Assembly: GCA_051251915.1 (NCBI GenBank)
Contig: JBPOGF010000013.1
Location: 72,010-136,009 of the forward strand
Source of the DNA: Akkermansiaceae bacterium
GTDB taxonomy: Bacteria > Verrucomicrobiota > Verrucomicrobiia > Verrucomicrobiales > Akkermansiaceae
Reading direction: 5' to 3'
Length of the DNA stretch: 64,000 nt
The notes under the pieces were generated by a model. The model did not search any database and was not told the origin of the DNA. It was given only the letters and a program-made list of their open reading frames with translations. Shown here in pieces: positions 62,465-64,000 of the stretch (within the stretch, counting starts at the first letter, position 1; the number at the start of each line of letters is the position of its first letter). The translations under genes were made by a program, and so were the position numbers.

Positions 62465-64000
62465 ATGAAAATTGATAAACTACATATTAGATCTCCATTC
62501 AAAAATCTGGACGATGTTCTAGTCGATTTTGATGAAAATCACCTCATGACCGTAATCGTGGGCTCAAATGGTTCTGGAAAATCTAACGTCCTTGAGGCGC
62601 TGGTATCCATTTTCAGAAATCTAGATTTAGGAGAAACCCCTCTTTTTTCATATCAAATCGAATACAGTATGGGACAAGCCAATGAGAAAAAATCCCTTGT
62701 TGTAGATGCCGATCCAAAACGAGGAACGACCGCCCATCAACAATACAGTATTTCATTACAGTTACATAATGCCGAGAACACAGTCAAAATACCGATATCT
62801 AAGGTCAAACGCGACAAAGATGGACACTCAAGCTATTTACCAAAATATACATTCGCCTATTACTCTGGACCTAGTGATCGACTAGAAAAATATTTTCGTA
62901 AACACAGAACAGATTTTTACAACCAACTTCTAAAGAGCAATGTAAATCTCGAAGGTGACATCCGCCCGCTCTTTTATGCTAAACCAAACCACAGTCAGTT
63001 CGTGCTCTTGGCTTTCTTTCTTTCTGAAAACAACTCAAAAGAAAAAGAATTCCTCAAAGAACACGTAGGTATTGAAGCTCTCGATTCGGTTCACTTTGTC
63101 ATGAGAAAACCCAGATGGTGCAAAGACAAGAAAAAGCAGATAGAGCTATTTTGGGGTGCCAAAGGGGTTGTACGTGAGTTTCTTGATACTTTATATGAAT
63201 ACACCTTAGCTCCACTCAAAATCACCAGAAACGAGGACACTACGCTTACAGGATCTAACACGAAAAATGAATTCTTTCATCTATTTCTACAAGACGTAAC
63301 TAAACTTAAAGCATTTGCTAAAGATTTAGCACCGGACGTCTTCTTTAAAATGCTAGAAAGCACCTTACTTTCAGAAATTATTTCAGAAGTAAGCATCCGC
63401 GTTAAAGTCAAAGGCAGTAACACCCCTCTTTCTTTCAAGGAACTCAGTGAAGGAGAGCAACAGTTACTAACTGTTTTAGGACTACTCAAGTTCACTGGTG
63501 ACGAGGACTCTCTGTTTCTTTTAGACGAACCCGACACTCATCTTAACCCTAATTGGGCTTCCAAGTATCTGAGCTTTCTCCACGAGTTTGCTCCTAGCCC
63601 TAAATCCAGCCACCTTCTGATGGTAACTCACCATCCGCTTGCAATAGCTGAACTAGAGAAGGAACAAGTGCAGGTAATGAGTGCTGATGAGGACTTCAAA
63701 ATCTCAGCCAAAACTCCAGAGCTAAGTCCAAGAGGACTTGGCTATAGTGGGATTCTAATGAGTGATATGTTCGGACTTAAATCTGATGTAGATCAACATA
63801 CACATAAAAAACTAATCAGACGCGCACAACTGGCGGCGATTGACGATCTAACAGATAAACAGAATGAAGAACTCAAAAATCTAAATATTTATTTAGACGA
63901 GTTAGGCTATGTTAATTTTGACTCAGACCCGAATGGCACTCACTTAAGCAGATTTTCTGTAGTTATTTCGGTGATGGATTTCTGTAAATATGTGTCTTGG
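62465..64000 (+). CDS. Restriction-system-associated ABC/AAA ATPase, no stop within the window (absent from the ORF track)
   Basis: Translated by hand: MKIDKLHIRSPFKNL...GSNGSGKSN (Walker A), YYSG, LSEGEQQ (signature), LLDEPDTHLNP (Walker B), VTHHP. Confidence 0.88.
   Translation, partial: MKIDKLHIRSPFKNLDDVLVDFDENHLMTVIVGSNGSGKSNVLEALVSIFRNLDLGETPLFSYQIEYSMGQANEKKSLVVDADPKRGTTAHQQYSISLQLHNAENTVKIPISKVKRDKDGHSSYLPKYTFAYYSGPSDRLEKYFRKHRTDFYNQLLKSNVNLEGDIRPLFYAKPNHSQFVLLAFFLSENNSKEKEFLKEHVGIEALDSVHFVMRKPRWCKDKKKQIELFWGAKGVVREFLDTLYEYTLAPLKITRNEDTTLTGSNTKNEFFHLFLQDVTKLKAFAKDLAPDVFFKMLESTLLSEIISEVSIRVKVKGSNTPLSFKELSEGEQQLLTVLGLLKFTGDEDSLFLLDEPDTHLNPNWASKYLSFLHEFAPSPKSSHLLMVTHHPLAIAELEKEQVQVMSADEDFKISAKTPELSPRGLGYSGILMSDMFGLKSDVDQHTHKKLIRRAQLAAIDDLTDKQNEELKNLNIYLDELGYVNFDSDPNGTHLSRFSVVISVMDFCKYVSW

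Overview
Bacterial chromosomal window, most likely from a Verrucomicrobiota/PVC-type organism (inferred from the SHD1-domain protein, Cys-type sulfatase, TorF-like porins, lack of Shine-Dalgarno motifs and T2SS gene style). Contents in order: an AT-rich FadL + acyltransferase pair; housekeeping genes (ychF, ftsY, deaD, gmk, menF-like, tmRNA); divergent sigma54-driven porin and amtB; an unusual CoA-transferase-GNAT-HDAC triple fusion; an unsaturated-uronate catabolic locus (IclR, two GH105/88, eda, kdgK, kduI, TRAP, kduD); two adjacent broken nuclease genes (SBD-HNH, EEP); an AraC/ROK/PIG-L/nagB amino-sugar cluster; a type II secretion cluster; and a type I R-M system followed by an ABC-type ATPase that runs off the window end. 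The best candidates for something new are (i) the 948-aa fusion, whose CoA-transferase domain lacks its catalytic Glu but carries intact acetyltransferase and deacetylase domains, (ii) a family of about 15 strand-polarised intergenic triple-repeat elements with heptamer arrays abutting start codons, and (iii) the HsdS C-terminal module plus coupled ATPase. All assignments are from motif recognition by eye; no searches were run.
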